A DNA stretch of 64,000 bases. Origin: an archaeon. GTDB lineage: Archaea; Nanobdellota; Nanobdellia; SCGC-AAA011-G17; GW2011-AR20. The notes below the pieces were generated by a model. It was not told the DNA's origin, did no database searches, and worked only from the letters and a program-made list of their open reading frames with translations. Each line of letters opens with the position of its first letter. The stretch's first letter is position 1. The stretch spans positions 39,717-103,716 of the forward strand of contig NZCT01000024.1 in assembly GCA_002688355.1 (NCBI GenBank), read 5' to 3'. A program made the position numbers and the translations under genes. Positions 35,897 to 46,531 of this stretch are shown in pieces.

Positions 35897-36162
35897 TGTA
35901 TTCTTTGTCCATTAGACCAAGTTTAGATAAAAAACTACAAAAGTTAATAAAAAAAGATAGAAAAAAATACGCAATAATTAAGAAAAAAACAGAAGAAATT
36001 TTAATTAATCCTAATCACTACAAAAATCTTAAAGAACCTTTGCAAAATTGGAAAAGAGTACATATAGATAAAAATTTTGTTCTAATATTTTCCGTTAGTG
36101 AAGAAACAAAAACAGTAATTTTAGAAGATTTTGATCATCATGATAATATTTACAAAAATTAA
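35896..36162 (+). CDS. RelE/ParE-family toxin
   Basis: 88 aa with a RelE-like core, KNLKEPLQNWKRVHIDKNFVLIFSVSEETKTVILEDFDHHDNIY. Confidence 0.55.
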   Translation: MYSLSIRPSLDKKLQKLIKKDRKKYAIIKKKTEEILINPNHYKNLKEPLQNWKRVHIDKNFVLIFSVSEETKTVILEDFDHHDNIYKN

Positions 36163-36220
36163 ACATATAAAAGATTTCCAATATTTTTTCTTAACTTATC
36201 GTTTTCTTTAGAATAATCCC

Positions 36221-36409
36221 TTAAAGAAATATCATGTTCTTCATGAAATCTATGATATAAAATTGAGCATCTTCTAATAAAATTCCAAGTTTCCCTTCAA
36301 GTTGTGGATCTTGACTAATATCTCTCTCAACTAATTCCTTCCTAAACCAAGTACTAGGTTTATACCAAACTCTTAACTCTTCAATTGTAAAATCTCTTCT
36401 TTCATTCAT
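36221..36409 (-). CDS. hypothetical small protein
   Basis: ORF of 62 aa. Confidence 0.25.
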   Translation of the reverse strand: MNERRDFTIEELRVWYKPSTWFRKELVERDISQDPQLEGKLGILLEDAQFYIIDFMKNMIFL

Positions 36410-36451
36410 ATTAAATCAAAATACCTAAAATATTAAAAATCTTTTCATAAA

Positions 36452-37294
36452 CTATTCTTGTCCTAATATAATCTTACTCTCTTTATCATTTATCTTAACT
36501 AAAGATTCAGAGTCTATAACAACTTTAGAACCAATGTCATCATAATTAACTTCAAATCTAGTAATCCTAGCTTCCAAATTACTGCTATAAAAAAAAGCTT
36601 CTCCATTAATTTCATTTAATATACCATACTCAAAACTAACTTCAGAAACATCATTATCTTCTTCAGTTTTAAAACTCACTCTAAAAGGATTATTACTTTC
36701 TTCAGAACCTTGATTTATAGATTGATCATATATTACAACACCACTCTCCCTTAATACTCTAACATGAATTAATGGATCTTCAGGGTCTTGTTGTGAAGGT
36801 TGTTCACTATCATCAATCTCAAAAGTCTGGTTTACAACAATATCTACTTCAATACCATTAATAAAATCGTAATTCTCATTTGACATAGTAAAATTACTGT
36901 TTCTTATAATAAAAGAAGAGTTATATTCCTTAATCTTAAACTCATTTAAGAAATTACTAAAACTAACATTAATGTTATTCAATTCAGAATATCTACCACC
37001 AACAAAGGTTCTATAGTTATTTCTAATTAAATTTAAATCTTTATCTAACTTATAAATTCCAAATTTAGAAAAATTAACAATAACACTCCCACTTCTCTTA
37101 ATATCTTTAACTTCAATATTATACAAATCATTAAACACATTACTTACAATATCATCTTCATAATATCTTAAAATATTTACAGTATCTAATTTATCAAATT
37201 CTTTAACTCTATCTAAATATGCTATTGAAAAAACTAATATTGATAGCAAAATCGCTAAACTTATTATCGTAAATAAAAATCCTTTCTTATACAT
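36452..37294 (-). CDS. pilin-like protein (minor pilin or pilus-associated)
   Basis: MYKKGFLFTIISLAILLSILVF is an N-terminal class-III-like helix. The track start at 37324 overlaps the upstream gene, so the internal Met at 37294 is more likely. Confidence 0.45.
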   Translation of the reverse strand: MYKKGFLFTIISLAILLSILVFSIAYLDRVKEFDKLDTVNILRYYEDDIVSNVFNDLYNIEVKDIKRSGSVIVNFSKFGIYKLDKDLNLIRNNYRTFVGGRYSELNNINVSFSNFLNEFKIKEYNSSFIIRNSNFTMSNENYDFINGIEVDIVVNQTFEIDDSEQPSQQDPEDPLIHVRVLRESGVVIYDQSINQGSEESNNPFRVSFKTEEDNDVSEVSFEYGILNEINGEAFFYSSNLEARITRFEVNYDDIGSKVVIDSESLVKINDKESKIILGQE

Positions 37295-37694
37295 AGGAAA
37301 CCTCCATTTTAGCAAAGTAAACACTTGAATTTTGTAAAAATGTTCTTCTACTTATGATAACCTCATCATTAGAAACACTACAGCCAATTTTACTAGTAGA
37401 ACCAATTAAATCCTCATCACTATTATAAATAGAAATATTTCCACAAACTTGATTAGGTAAAGCCAATAAAAATTCATCAACTTTAGAAAAATCTCCACTT
37501 GTTGTTAAATTCAAATAATAATTCTTCTCCGCTATCGTCAAAAAATCTAAAACAATTTCATTTAATTCATCACCATCATCAGAATTAATACCATTAAAAA
37601 TAGAATAAACACTAACTAAAATTATAGTAGTAGCTAAAATAGCTAAAATAGCATCTATTGTAAATATCAAACCTCTTTTATTTAATCTCTCCAT
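37287..37694 (-). CDS. pilin-like protein
   Basis: N-terminus KRGLIFTIDAILAILATTIILVSV. Confidence 0.5.
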   Translation of the reverse strand: MERLNKRGLIFTIDAILAILATTIILVSVYSIFNGINSDDGDELNEIVLDFLTIAEKNYYLNLTTSGDFSKVDEFLLALPNQVCGNISIYNSDEDLIGSTSKIGCSVSNDEVIISRRTFLQNSSVYFAKMEVSYV

Positions 37695-38293
37695 ATTCTT
37701 AACTCCACTAATGTTATATTTTGGTCAATCAAACCAAATCTTGATTTTTTAACAATAAACTCAGCATTACTAGGAACTTTACCAATTAAATTTTTTAAAC
37801 TATAACTAGAACCATTCCAATTTTTAGCCTGTACTTCAAATTCATACCCAGAACCTTTTATACCTAAAATATTTTTAATATTATCATACTGCGTTGAATT
37901 CAAAACTTCTAATCTATCAATTTTACTTTGATCCAAAATATTTCTCCCAACATTAGCACTTGCTAAACTTTTACCCTTCTCTTTTGAATCCAAATCATCA
38001 AAATTTAAACTTTTACTTAAACCTAAACTAAAAATAGCATTTGTATTAAAATCATTAACATCAAATAAACTCCAATTATTTGGATTTCCTTCTTCCTCTA
38101 CTAAAACAGAAATAGCATTTTCTGCAATTAAATTAATATCACTTTCTAATTCATTAGCTATAATTTTATTATTACTATAATCTAAAATCTGAAAAACCAA
38201 AATTACTACAATAATAAATGTAATAGCAGCTATAATAATATCTAAAGAAAATATTTGTCCTCTTTTTTTATTGTTCAATAAATATTTTTCCAT
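37682..38293 (-). CDS. pilin-like protein
   Basis: N-terminus KKRGQIFSLDIIIAAITFIIVVILV. Confidence 0.5.
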   Translation of the reverse strand: MEKYLLNNKKRGQIFSLDIIIAAITFIIVVILVFQILDYSNNKIIANELESDINLIAENAISVLVEEEGNPNNWSLFDVNDFNTNAIFSLGLSKSLNFDDLDSKEKGKSLASANVGRNILDQSKIDRLEVLNSTQYDNIKNILGIKGSGYEFEVQAKNWNGSSYSLKNLIGKVPSNAEFIVKKSRFGLIDQNITLVELRIWRD

Positions 38294-38681
38294 TTACATT
38301 AGTAAAATTAATATCTTTATCTTGAATATTTGTATTGTTTATATTTCCGGTAATTAAAGGAACATTATAAAAATTCTCATTCCATTCTATCTTAACTATA
38401 TGCGCACTAGGAAATATCGTAATATCATAATTTAAATTTTTAATTAACTTATTTGGTAAATCTACATTAACATGAGCACCATCACCTAACAAAAAAGCAG
38501 AATTAATTCCATTAGCAAATTTATCTCCAACCTCTCTAGCATTAAACTCTATTTTTTTAACATTTAGCTCTCTAATCTCAGTATTAAATATATTAAATAT
38601 ATATAATAATAAAATCAAAGCAACTACACTAATTAAAATTAGTTCTACAGTAATTTGTGCTTTTCTATTCCTAAAAAACAT
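38268..38681 (-). CDS. pilin-like protein
   Basis: RKAQITVELILISVVALILLL has Q at +1 and E at +5. Confidence 0.5.
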   Translation of the reverse strand: MFFRNRKAQITVELILISVVALILLLYIFNIFNTEIRELNVKKIEFNAREVGDKFANGINSAFLLGDGAHVNVDLPNKLIKNLNYDITIFPSAHIVKIEWNENFYNVPLITGNINNTNIQDKDINFTNVNGKIFIEQ

Positions 38682-38682
38682 T

Positions 38683-39615
38683 TTAAGATTGTCCTATAAT
38701 TCTAAAGTCATCAACATAGAATCTATCTGAACCACTGCTAGCCAATACGTGAAATTTAACACAAGTATTTGTACTTATGTAACTTGTTATATCAATTAAT
38801 TTTTCAGTATAACTTGTGCTACCTTCTCCAGAATCAAATATTTCTGTATATGAAGTAGTTGTATTTTTCACTTCTAATTTTCCATATTCCCCAGAATCTA
38901 ATCCAGAAATTTTCCAATAGAAATTTACAAATGTTTCCGAATATGAACTTACATCAACACATTTAATCAAATAATCATCATCTGCATCATGATTCTTAAA
39001 TCTAACTGATTTACTTCCATTATATTCATCATTATTTTTTTCTATATAACCATCCCCATCATCACAATCTGTCCATAATCCTTCATGCTCACAACTATTA
39101 TCATTCCAATTCTCAAATCCATCATAAAATACAGTTGTATTTGTTAATGTTGGCAATGTTGTTGTAGTGGTACTTGTACTTGTAGTAGACGTACTTGTTG
39201 TACTTGTAATATTTCCATCTAAACTTATAGATATAGAATCATCTCCACTTTCAATAAAGAAAAATCTATTTCCTTCATTTACATTAAAATCCCCGCTTAA
39301 ATTAAAATTAAAATTCTTAAAAAAAGTAACACCACTTACAAACGTTAATTTCATACTAGAACCAGAAATATTTAAACTTTGTACATTATCTGGAACACCA
39401 CTATAAATTTTAGTCTTAGCTCCAACACCTTGTCTATAAACTTTATTAATTCCATTCTCTAAATCATCTAATAATATCTTACCCTTGCCTTCATCATTTA
39501 TTCTATTTGAAAAAGACAAACTCTCACTATTTAATCTTACTACAACAATTAAAATAATTAATAAAACAGCTATTATAATAATCATCTCAACAGAAGCTTG
39601 TCCTCTTTTTCTCAT
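38683..39615 (-). CDS. large pilin-like protein with a class III signal peptide and a Ser/Thr-rich linker
   Basis: MRKRGQASVEMIIIIAVLLIILIVVV reads RG|Q at +1 and E at +5. A TSTTSTSTTSTSTTTTT linker follows. Confidence 0.6.
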   Translation of the reverse strand: MRKRGQASVEMIIIIAVLLIILIVVVRLNSESLSFSNRINDEGKGKILLDDLENGINKVYRQGVGAKTKIYSGVPDNVQSLNISGSSMKLTFVSGVTFFKNFNFNLSGDFNVNEGNRFFFIESGDDSISISLDGNITSTTSTSTTSTSTTTTTLPTLTNTTVFYDGFENWNDNSCEHEGLWTDCDDGDGYIEKNNDEYNGSKSVRFKNHDADDDYLIKCVDVSSYSETFVNFYWKISGLDSGEYGKLEVKNTTTSYTEIFDSGEGSTSYTEKLIDITSYISTNTCVKFHVLASSGSDRFYVDDFRIIGQS

Positions 39616-39660
39616 TCTTTTTTAGAATATTAATAAACTTATAAAGTTTTAGAATACTAA

Positions 39661-39912
39661 CTAAATTCTAGATTGAACATTTGGTATAATTTGTACATTA
39701 ACAGGGAGGGGAATTTTAATATCTTTTCCTAATTTAATTCTTTTTCTAAAACTAAAAACAGCGAACCCTTTTATCTCTTTAGTTTTTTCATCTATTCTTT
39801 CAAAGATACCATCTTCTATTTCTTCATAATAAGAAGACTTAGGTTCACCTATTCTAAGCTCCAAAAGATCTCCTTCTTCATCATAATATATATCTAATTC
39901 ATTTTTTTTCAT
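39661..39912 (-). CDS. DUF2283-like small protein; putative antitoxin partner of DUF4258
   Basis: IYYDEEGDLLELRIGEP resembles the DUF2283 consensus YDxExDxLYIxL, as I remember it. Confidence 0.45.
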   Translation of the reverse strand: MKKNELDIYYDEEGDLLELRIGEPKSSYYEEIEDGIFERIDEKTKEIKGFAVFSFRKRIKLGKDIKIPLPVNVQIIPNVQSRI

Positions 39913-40193
39913 TTTCTTATGTTCTTTATATAAAAGCTTGTTAAGATAAAACCTTTACCATTTAAATATTTTACTACAACCAATAAATACTCTTTTTTAA
40001 TTTTATCATATTTATAATAATAGTTTAAATCATCATCCAATTTATCTTTCTTAATAATCAAAGGATCAATAATAGTTTCACGAACGTTTTCAAGCTTTAC
40101 ATCTGAATGTCTTGTAATTATATGTTTTTCTTGTTTATTAGTTAAAAAAATCTTTTTTCCTCTTCTATCATTTATCTCAAATACAATATCCAT
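39909..40193 (-). CDS. DUF4258-like small protein; putative toxin
   Basis: 94 aa containing EKHIITRHSDVKLENV. It overlaps the DUF2283 gene by 4 nt. Confidence 0.4.
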   Translation of the reverse strand: MDIVFEINDRRGKKIFLTNKQEKHIITRHSDVKLENVRETIIDPLIIKKDKLDDDLNYYYKYDKIKKEYLLVVVKYLNGKGFILTSFYIKNIRK

Positions 40194-40194
40194 T

Positions 40195-40464
40195 TTACAT
40201 AATAGTTACACCTTTCTCTAATTTTTTCTTTAATTTATTAGATATATTTTCTTTGTAGATCCAAAGAATTCCTTCCTTTAATATAGAAATCTTTCCGCTC
40301 TCTTCTAAGTAATCCAAAATTAAATTTAAAGTAGGTCTCATTATCTGTTTTGATAGTCTCCTATCTATTTCATTCTTGGATAATGGTTCTTTAGATTTCC
40401 TTATTATTTTCTCAACGCCTAAGATAGTGTCTAATCTTGGATAATGCAAAATTTGTTTTACCAT
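40195..40464 (-). CDS. small winged-helix-like protein
   Basis: 89 aa ending in a pattern like LNLILDYLEESGKISILKEG. Confidence 0.3.
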   Translation of the reverse strand: MVKQILHYPRLDTILGVEKIIRKSKEPLSKNEIDRRLSKQIMRPTLNLILDYLEESGKISILKEGILWIYKENISNKLKKKLEKGVTIM

Positions 40465-40514
40465 ATATATTTATACTATAGTATATACTTATAAGGTTTT
40501 CTATTTACTATATT

Positions 40515-41432
40515 TTAGAATACTGTCTCTTTAGGATATATAGTAATTCCACTTTCGTCAATTCTCATAGGAAATATTCTTCCAGCATGTTGTGTAGCTC
40601 TCATCTTAAAAACTTCTAAAGATCTTTCTCTAATATCTCCTTTTCTTATATTATACAATAAAATAACTCCATCAACCTCAAACTCAATAGTAGAAGCATG
40701 ATGTTGATCAGGATCTTCTTCTTGTTCCGCTATTAACATTGCAGTAACACCCCATTTACCTATTGCTTCAAATAATTGTAATAAAGCTTTTCTTCTTTCC
40801 AAACCTGAATTATATAACAAAGAAAAAGCTGTAACAGAATCTATTACTAATCTCTTAGCCTTAATAGCATCTACTGTATCTCTTATAACCCCTCCACCAG
40901 CTTCTAAAACTTTATTTACTTGTTCAGGGCTATAATTCAATATTGCTAATTGCTTATTCTTAATTTTATCTTTTAATTTCCAATCAAAACCTTCGTAATC
41001 TTCTAAAATCCTATTTTCAGACTCTTCAAAGCTAATATACACACCATTTTCTTTATAATTTTCAATACCGTTAACTAAATACTGCATACTACATATACTT
41101 TTACCAGAGCCAGCACCACCACCAATAATGTTAACAGTATGTTTTCTTAAACCACCTTCCATAACTTCATCTAATCCAGGAATCCCAGTAGCTACTCTAT
41201 CTTCATCTTTTTTAGAAAAAGTTTCCTTAACTTCATTCTTAATATTATGATAATTAATAGATTTACTTTCATGTTCTTTAGTAAAACCTTTAGGTCTAGA
41301 AACTTGAGTTTTTCCCGTAGGAATAGCAATATGATGTTTTAACTCAGAAACATTCTTTTCCTCTTTTCTAAATCTTTTCTTAATATGATCTCTTATAACA
41401 TTTTTATTAATTTTCTTCATATAATTAAACAA
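40515..41432 (-). CDS. KaiC/RecA-superfamily ATPase (KaiC-like, possibly ArlH/FlaH-like)
   Basis: GIPGLDEVMEGGLRKHTVNIIGGGAGSGKS (Walker A) and RLVIDS (Walker B). It is the first gene of the minus-strand pilus gene string. Confidence 0.65.
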   Translation of the reverse strand: MFNYMKKINKNVIRDHIKKRFRKEEKNVSELKHHIAIPTGKTQVSRPKGFTKEHESKSINYHNIKNEVKETFSKKDEDRVATGIPGLDEVMEGGLRKHTVNIIGGGAGSGKSICSMQYLVNGIENYKENGVYISFEESENRILEDYEGFDWKLKDKIKNKQLAILNYSPEQVNKVLEAGGGVIRDTVDAIKAKRLVIDSVTAFSLLYNSGLERRKALLQLFEAIGKWGVTAMLIAEQEEDPDQHHASTIEFEVDGVILLYNIRKGDIRERSLEVFKMRATQHAGRIFPMRIDESGITIYPKETVF

Positions 41433-41511
41433 TTATTTATCTAGTTTAAATGTTTTATTATTGTAGAATTCATCAGAAACCTTTTTATAATCTATCCTAA
41501 AAGATATTAAA

Positions 41512-44301
41512 ATGGCAGATGAAATAGAAATAAGAAAAGAAAAAATAAAAGATTTCATCAAAACTAAAATAGATAAAAAAATAGGCATTACATTAATTCT
41601 CTATATAATAACATTAATAGCAGTTTACTCTAAATTCGGTTCTCGTTTAAACAGAGGAACAGGACTTCTTTTTGTAATAATTCCCATAATAGTTATAATA
41701 TTTATTTTACTTAAAAAAACACAATATGGTTTACTCTTAAATATAGCAGCAGCAGGTTTTATAATTAGAATTCAAAACTTACAATTCCTAAAAGATGTAA
41801 CAACAGGAGGTTACATTCCTGCAGATCCAGATGCAATGGCTTTCTTAAGATATTCACAAGAAATTTTAGAAACTGGAACTATAGCAGCCGTAGATACGTT
41901 ACGTTATTATCCTATTGGCTTCACAGGTGTTAACGAATTTAAACTCTTATCTTTCTTTATAGTTTACTTATTCAAATTTATACATTTCTTCAATAACACA
42001 GTTACATTAGAATTAATAGATACAATTTACCCAGCAATAGTATTTCCTCTTTCAGCAGTTATGTTTTTCTTATTAGTTAGAAAACTATTAACTTACAAAG
42101 AAGCTTTACTATCAACATTAACATTAACAATTATACCAGCTTTCTTATTTAGAACAACTTCAGGTGTTTCAGATAAAGAAGCATTAGGTGTTTTACTAAT
42201 GTTTTTCTTAATGTATTTTTTCGTTGCAGCATTAAAAGAAAAAACAATTAAAAAAACTATTTTCTTTGCAACATTATCAGGAATATTCACACTATTCATG
42301 GGTCTAGTTTGGGGAGGAATGAATATTATAGCATTAGTCTTTGGAACGTTCTTTCTAGTAAAATTATTAATAAATAAAGTTACAATAAGAGATTCTTATT
42401 TGTACATGACTTGGTATATAACATCTTATGTTTTATTAGCAATATTTTTCCCAGAAAGATATTTTTTATCAAATATTTTTAGCTCAACAACTACATTATC
42501 TAATACTTTAGCTTTCATTGGTGTTGTAATAAATTTCATACTATTCCAAAAAGATTATTTTAAATTAAAAGAGAAAATAGATAAATATCCAGCAGGTATT
42601 TTTAGTTTAGCAATTACAATTATAGTAGGTATAATCTTTCAATTATTTACAGCTGGTTTCTCCTTTTTTTCAGCAAAATTTACAAATGTTATTACAATCT
42701 TATCAAAACCATTTGCAACAAACAGATGGGTTATAACAGTTGCAGAATCTCACCAACCATTCATAATAGATTGGATAAACAACTTAGGTAAACTATATTT
42801 CTGGATTATTTTAATTGCTTCAGTATTTTTATTCTATGATATTATAAAAAATTACAGTTACTATAGAAATGGGAAAAAACCATGGTCTCTTTTAATATTA
42901 TATACCTTATTCATTGCAGGTTTTATTTTTAACAGATATAAACAAAATTCAATTTTAAATGGAGAATCAGGATTTGCTTTATTAATTTACTTTGGTTCAA
43001 TGATAGGTTTAGTTTTACTAGTTCTTGTACCTTTCTTATACATTTACTATAAGAAAAAAGATTCATTACCTTTCTTTAAAAAAATAAATGATTCTTATAT
43101 ATTCCTAATAATTTGGTTCCTAATAACAGCTATCTCAGCAAGATCTGCTATAAGACTATTATTCATTTTTATTCCAGTAACAGTAATAATGTTCTCTTTC
43201 TTCATATTCAGAATAGCGAAATGGGCTAAAAAAATAGATACAAAATATATTAAACATGCAATTACCATAGTACTTATTTTACTTGTATTAAATATATCAA
43301 CAGGTTTTGCTAATCAAACAATAGGCCAAGCTTCTAGCATAGGTCCAACATATTCTCAACAATGGCAAGTAGCAGGTCAATGGGCTCGTGAAAATACACC
43401 AGAAGATGCAGTCTTTGCCCATTGGTGGGATTATGGTTACTTAGTTCAAACAGGATTTAGAAGAGCAACTTTAAGTGATGGTGGAAACGCTAGAAATGCA
43501 ATAAACCATTTTATAGGAAGACATGTTCTAACTGGACATTCTGAAACCGAAGCTCTAGAATTATTAAAAGCAAATGAAGCAACTCACTTATTAATTATCT
43601 CAGATGAAATTGGAAAATATCCAGCTTTCTCTTCAATAGGAGCAGACGCAGATTACGATAGATACTCATGGATTAATACTTTCTCATTTGATGAGCAAAA
43701 TTCAAGAGAAACAAGAAATGGCTCAGTATTAGTTTACGCAGGAACAACACCTTTAGATGATGATTTTATTTTTAATGATAAATTATACCCTAGAAGAAGT
43801 GCAGGCATTGGAGCCTTCTTTATTCCAGTTTCCACAAGTTCAATATTTGAAAATAATCAATTAAACCTAGAAAATTTTGGACAACCAGAAGCTGTTCTAA
43901 TTTATGCAGGACAACAACAAAACGTAAAAATGAGTTGTTTATTTGTTGCAGGACAAGAACTAAAATTTGAGAATTATGATTTAGATGCATGTTTAATGTT
44001 ATTCCCAGTTATTAATAATCAAAATCAAGCAAATCCATTAGCAGCAGCTCTTTATCTATCACCTGAAGTTTACAGTACATTATTTACCAAACTATATTTA
44101 TTTAATCAACCATCAGAATATTTTTCATTAGTTTATGACGATAGTGGTTCCTTACCTTTAGCAATTTACAACGGAAGAATGATAGGCCCATTAAGAGTTT
44201 GGGAAGTAAGCTATCCAGATGATTTAGAAGTACCACAAGAATATATTGATAATGTTTTATTAGATGAAAGTGTAAATGTAATTAGAGATGAATTTAGGTA
44301 A
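41512..44301 (+). CDS. aglB: oligosaccharyltransferase AglB (STT3 family)
   Basis: 929 aa with about 13 N-terminal TM helices. The WWDYGY motif (AHWWDYGYLV) is followed by a soluble C-terminal domain. Confidence 0.85.
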   Translation: MADEIEIRKEKIKDFIKTKIDKKIGITLILYIITLIAVYSKFGSRLNRGTGLLFVIIPIIVIIFILLKKTQYGLLLNIAAAGFIIRIQNLQFLKDVTTGGYIPADPDAMAFLRYSQEILETGTIAAVDTLRYYPIGFTGVNEFKLLSFFIVYLFKFIHFFNNTVTLELIDTIYPAIVFPLSAVMFFLLVRKLLTYKEALLSTLTLTIIPAFLFRTTSGVSDKEALGVLLMFFLMYFFVAALKEKTIKKTIFFATLSGIFTLFMGLVWGGMNIIALVFGTFFLVKLLINKVTIRDSYLYMTWYITSYVLLAIFFPERYFLSNIFSSTTTLSNTLAFIGVVINFILFQKDYFKLKEKIDKYPAGIFSLAITIIVGIIFQLFTAGFSFFSAKFTNVITILSKPFATNRWVITVAESHQPFIIDWINNLGKLYFWIILIASVFLFYDIIKNYSYYRNGKKPWSLLILYTLFIAGFIFNRYKQNSILNGESGFALLIYFGSMIGLVLLVLVPFLYIYYKKKDSLPFFKKINDSYIFLIIWFLITAISARSAIRLLFIFIPVTVIMFSFFIFRIAKWAKKIDTKYIKHAITIVLILLVLNISTGFANQTIGQASSIGPTYSQQWQVAGQWARENTPEDAVFAHWWDYGYLVQTGFRRATLSDGGNARNAINHFIGRHVLTGHSETEALELLKANEATHLLIISDEIGKYPAFSSIGADADYDRYSWINTFSFDEQNSRETRNGSVLVYAGTTPLDDDFIFNDKLYPRRSAGIGAFFIPVSTSSIFENNQLNLENFGQPEAVLIYAGQQQNVKMSCLFVAGQELKFENYDLDACLMLFPVINNQNQANPLAAALYLSPEVYSTLFTKLYLFNQPSEYFSLVYDDSGSLPLAIYNGRMIGPLRVWEVSYPDDLEVPQEYIDNVLLDESVNVIRDEFR

Positions 44302-44985
44302 TTACTTAAATCTAAATCTAACTAAATTCATAAAAAATTCCCAAACAGAAGAAACTCTAACATTAGATTTATACTGTGGCTTAATATCATAAGAAGTATT
44401 CTCCACAATAATTTTATGATTATTCTTCAAAGCCTTAAGTAAAATCTCAGTATCAATAAACCAATCTTTACTCTCCAAATTAGTTTTATCATAAAAATCC
44501 TTACTAATTATTTTTGGCTTAGCATTTAATTGTTTAATAAATTTAAAATACAATAAACTAAAACACAAATCATAACTAATTGAAGCTATATTTCTTATAA
44601 AATTTGCAGATCTAACATCTCTTAATCCTTTCCCTATATGAACATTATTCGAAATAACTTTATTATAAACTTTAATAACATCACTTGGTAAGTTTTCTAA
44701 ATCTCCATCAATATAACCTAAATATTTTCCTTTAGAAGCTTTAAAACCATTTAAAATTCCAAAACCATATCCTTGATTATTTTCAACAGTAACTAGTTTA
44801 ATTCTATCATTAACTAATTTTTTAATCTCATTTTCAGTTCCATCTTTAGAACCATTATTAACTAAAAGTATTTCATAATTTATCTTAGTTTTACTAAATT
44901 CTTTAACTAAAATCTCAACCAAAGGTTTTACAGTTTTCTCTTCATTGAAAAAAGGAATTGTAACAGATAAATCATATTTTTCCAT
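44302..44985 (-). CDS. GT2 glycosyltransferase (dolichyl-phosphate sugar synthase-like)
   Basis: SVTIPFFNEEKTV ... LLVNNGSKDGT ... GYIDGDLE, with the DxD. Confidence 0.7.
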   Translation of the reverse strand: MEKYDLSVTIPFFNEEKTVKPLVEILVKEFSKTKINYEILLVNNGSKDGTENEIKKLVNDRIKLVTVENNQGYGFGILNGFKASKGKYLGYIDGDLENLPSDVIKVYNKVISNNVHIGKGLRDVRSANFIRNIASISYDLCFSLLYFKFIKQLNAKPKIISKDFYDKTNLESKDWFIDTEILLKALKNNHKIIVENTSYDIKPQYKSNVRVSSVWEFFMNLVRFRFK

Positions 44986-45037
44986 ATAAAAGTTTTGACA
45001 ATAGCCTTTAAATAGATTTTGAAAGTAAATTCCTTAA

Positions 45038-46531
45038 ATGAGAAAAGCTTCTATTCCAAATATATATCTATACATTCCAATAGTCTTACTAGGATTACAT
45101 TTAATATTTAGATTAATAGATCAAGCTAATTTAATCTCAACTTTTCCTTTGGATAAATTCAATGATTGGTCTTCATACATGGCTCAATTACATTTCCTAA
45201 AAGAATGTGGTTTTCATAACTTATGTCAATATTGGTATAATGGTTTCATTAATTTTCAAATAAATCAACCAGGATGGTATTTTTTCATATATCCATTATT
45301 TTTATTAACAAAGAACGTTCAGCTAACAGCGTATTTATCAATTCTCATAACTTTTATCTTAACTTTATTAGCTTTATTTATTTCTCGTAAAAGATTAAAC
45401 CTAAATAAAATTCAAATAACAGCTTTATTCTTATTTTTCTTTGGTAATGCAATAGCAATTGGAAACTTCATAAGAGTTGGAAAAATACATCAGTTATTTG
45501 CATGGTTTACTTTAATCGTAATATTCCTTTTCTTATTAATATACAAAGATAAAAAAATAGATAAAAAATTCTTTTTAATCATTCCATTTTACTTCTTTGC
45601 AATTTTAACACATCAAAACTCAGCAATAATAGCTTCTCTAGCAATTCTAGGTTTATTTTTAATTAAAGATCTAAAACAAAAATTATTAATTTTACTTGCA
45701 ACAATAATAACAATAACTGCAACATCGTTTTGGTGGATTCCTTATATTCAAAATTTCTTCGCAACAACATCAAAAACAATTATAGTAGCTAATTCGTTAA
45801 AAGAAATCACAAAAGCAACTTTAAATGATAATTTAGTAGCTATAATAATACCAATAACTTTCTTAATAACATTATACTTCTATTTAAAATCAAATAAAAA
45901 TAGAAAAAAAGAATTTATCTTCTTCTTACCACTAACTTTAATTTCAATATTATTATTAACAAGATTAATTTTGTTTATTCCTATAATAAAACAAGTTTTC
46001 CCAGATTCTTATAGTTTATTTTTATTATTTTTCATAATATTCATGTTCTTTAAAATAGATTTCAATCTAATAAAAAAATATAAGCATATAATCTTCATAG
46101 GATTAATTTTAATTACAATATTAAGTATTTCTTTAAGCATAAAGTTTACACCATTATTTGCACAACATACAGAATTAGAAGAAGAAGTTTTAGCTATCTT
46201 ACCAGAAATCGATGAAAAGTTCATAATATTAAAAACACCTTCAAGAAGAACATCTTATCCTCAAGCATATTATTCTTACGCAGCAATTTTCCATAATAAA
46301 TCAACATCTGCAGGTTGGTATCCCTCTTTAGTTTCTCCAGAATACCTTAAAAAAATTGATTCCTTAGATTCCATATTAATTTCAGAAAATTATTCTTTAT
46401 TAAAACAAGAACTAAAAGAATTAAACACTTTCGAAGTTTTAGCTTTTGATGATTATTGTACTTTATTACAACAAAACGGATTTAACAATAAGATTAATAA
46501 ATCAAGAGTTTGCATTTTAACTTTAAAATGA
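45038..46531 (+). CDS. polytopic membrane protein; a possible GT-C fold glycosyltransferase or glycan polymerase
   Basis: 497 aa with about 12 TM helices and no soluble domain. Confidence 0.35.
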   Translation: MRKASIPNIYLYIPIVLLGLHLIFRLIDQANLISTFPLDKFNDWSSYMAQLHFLKECGFHNLCQYWYNGFINFQINQPGWYFFIYPLFLLTKNVQLTAYLSILITFILTLLALFISRKRLNLNKIQITALFLFFFGNAIAIGNFIRVGKIHQLFAWFTLIVIFLFLLIYKDKKIDKKFFLIIPFYFFAILTHQNSAIIASLAILGLFLIKDLKQKLLILLATIITITATSFWWIPYIQNFFATTSKTIIVANSLKEITKATLNDNLVAIIIPITFLITLYFYLKSNKNRKKEFIFFLPLTLISILLLTRLILFIPIIKQVFPDSYSLFLLFFIIFMFFKIDFNLIKKYKHIIFIGLILITILSISLSIKFTPLFAQHTELEEEVLAILPEIDEKFIILKTPSRRTSYPQAYYSYAAIFHNKSTSAGWYPSLVSPEYLKKIDSLDSILISENYSLLKQELKELNTFEVLAFDDYCTLLQQNGFNNKINKSRVCILTLK

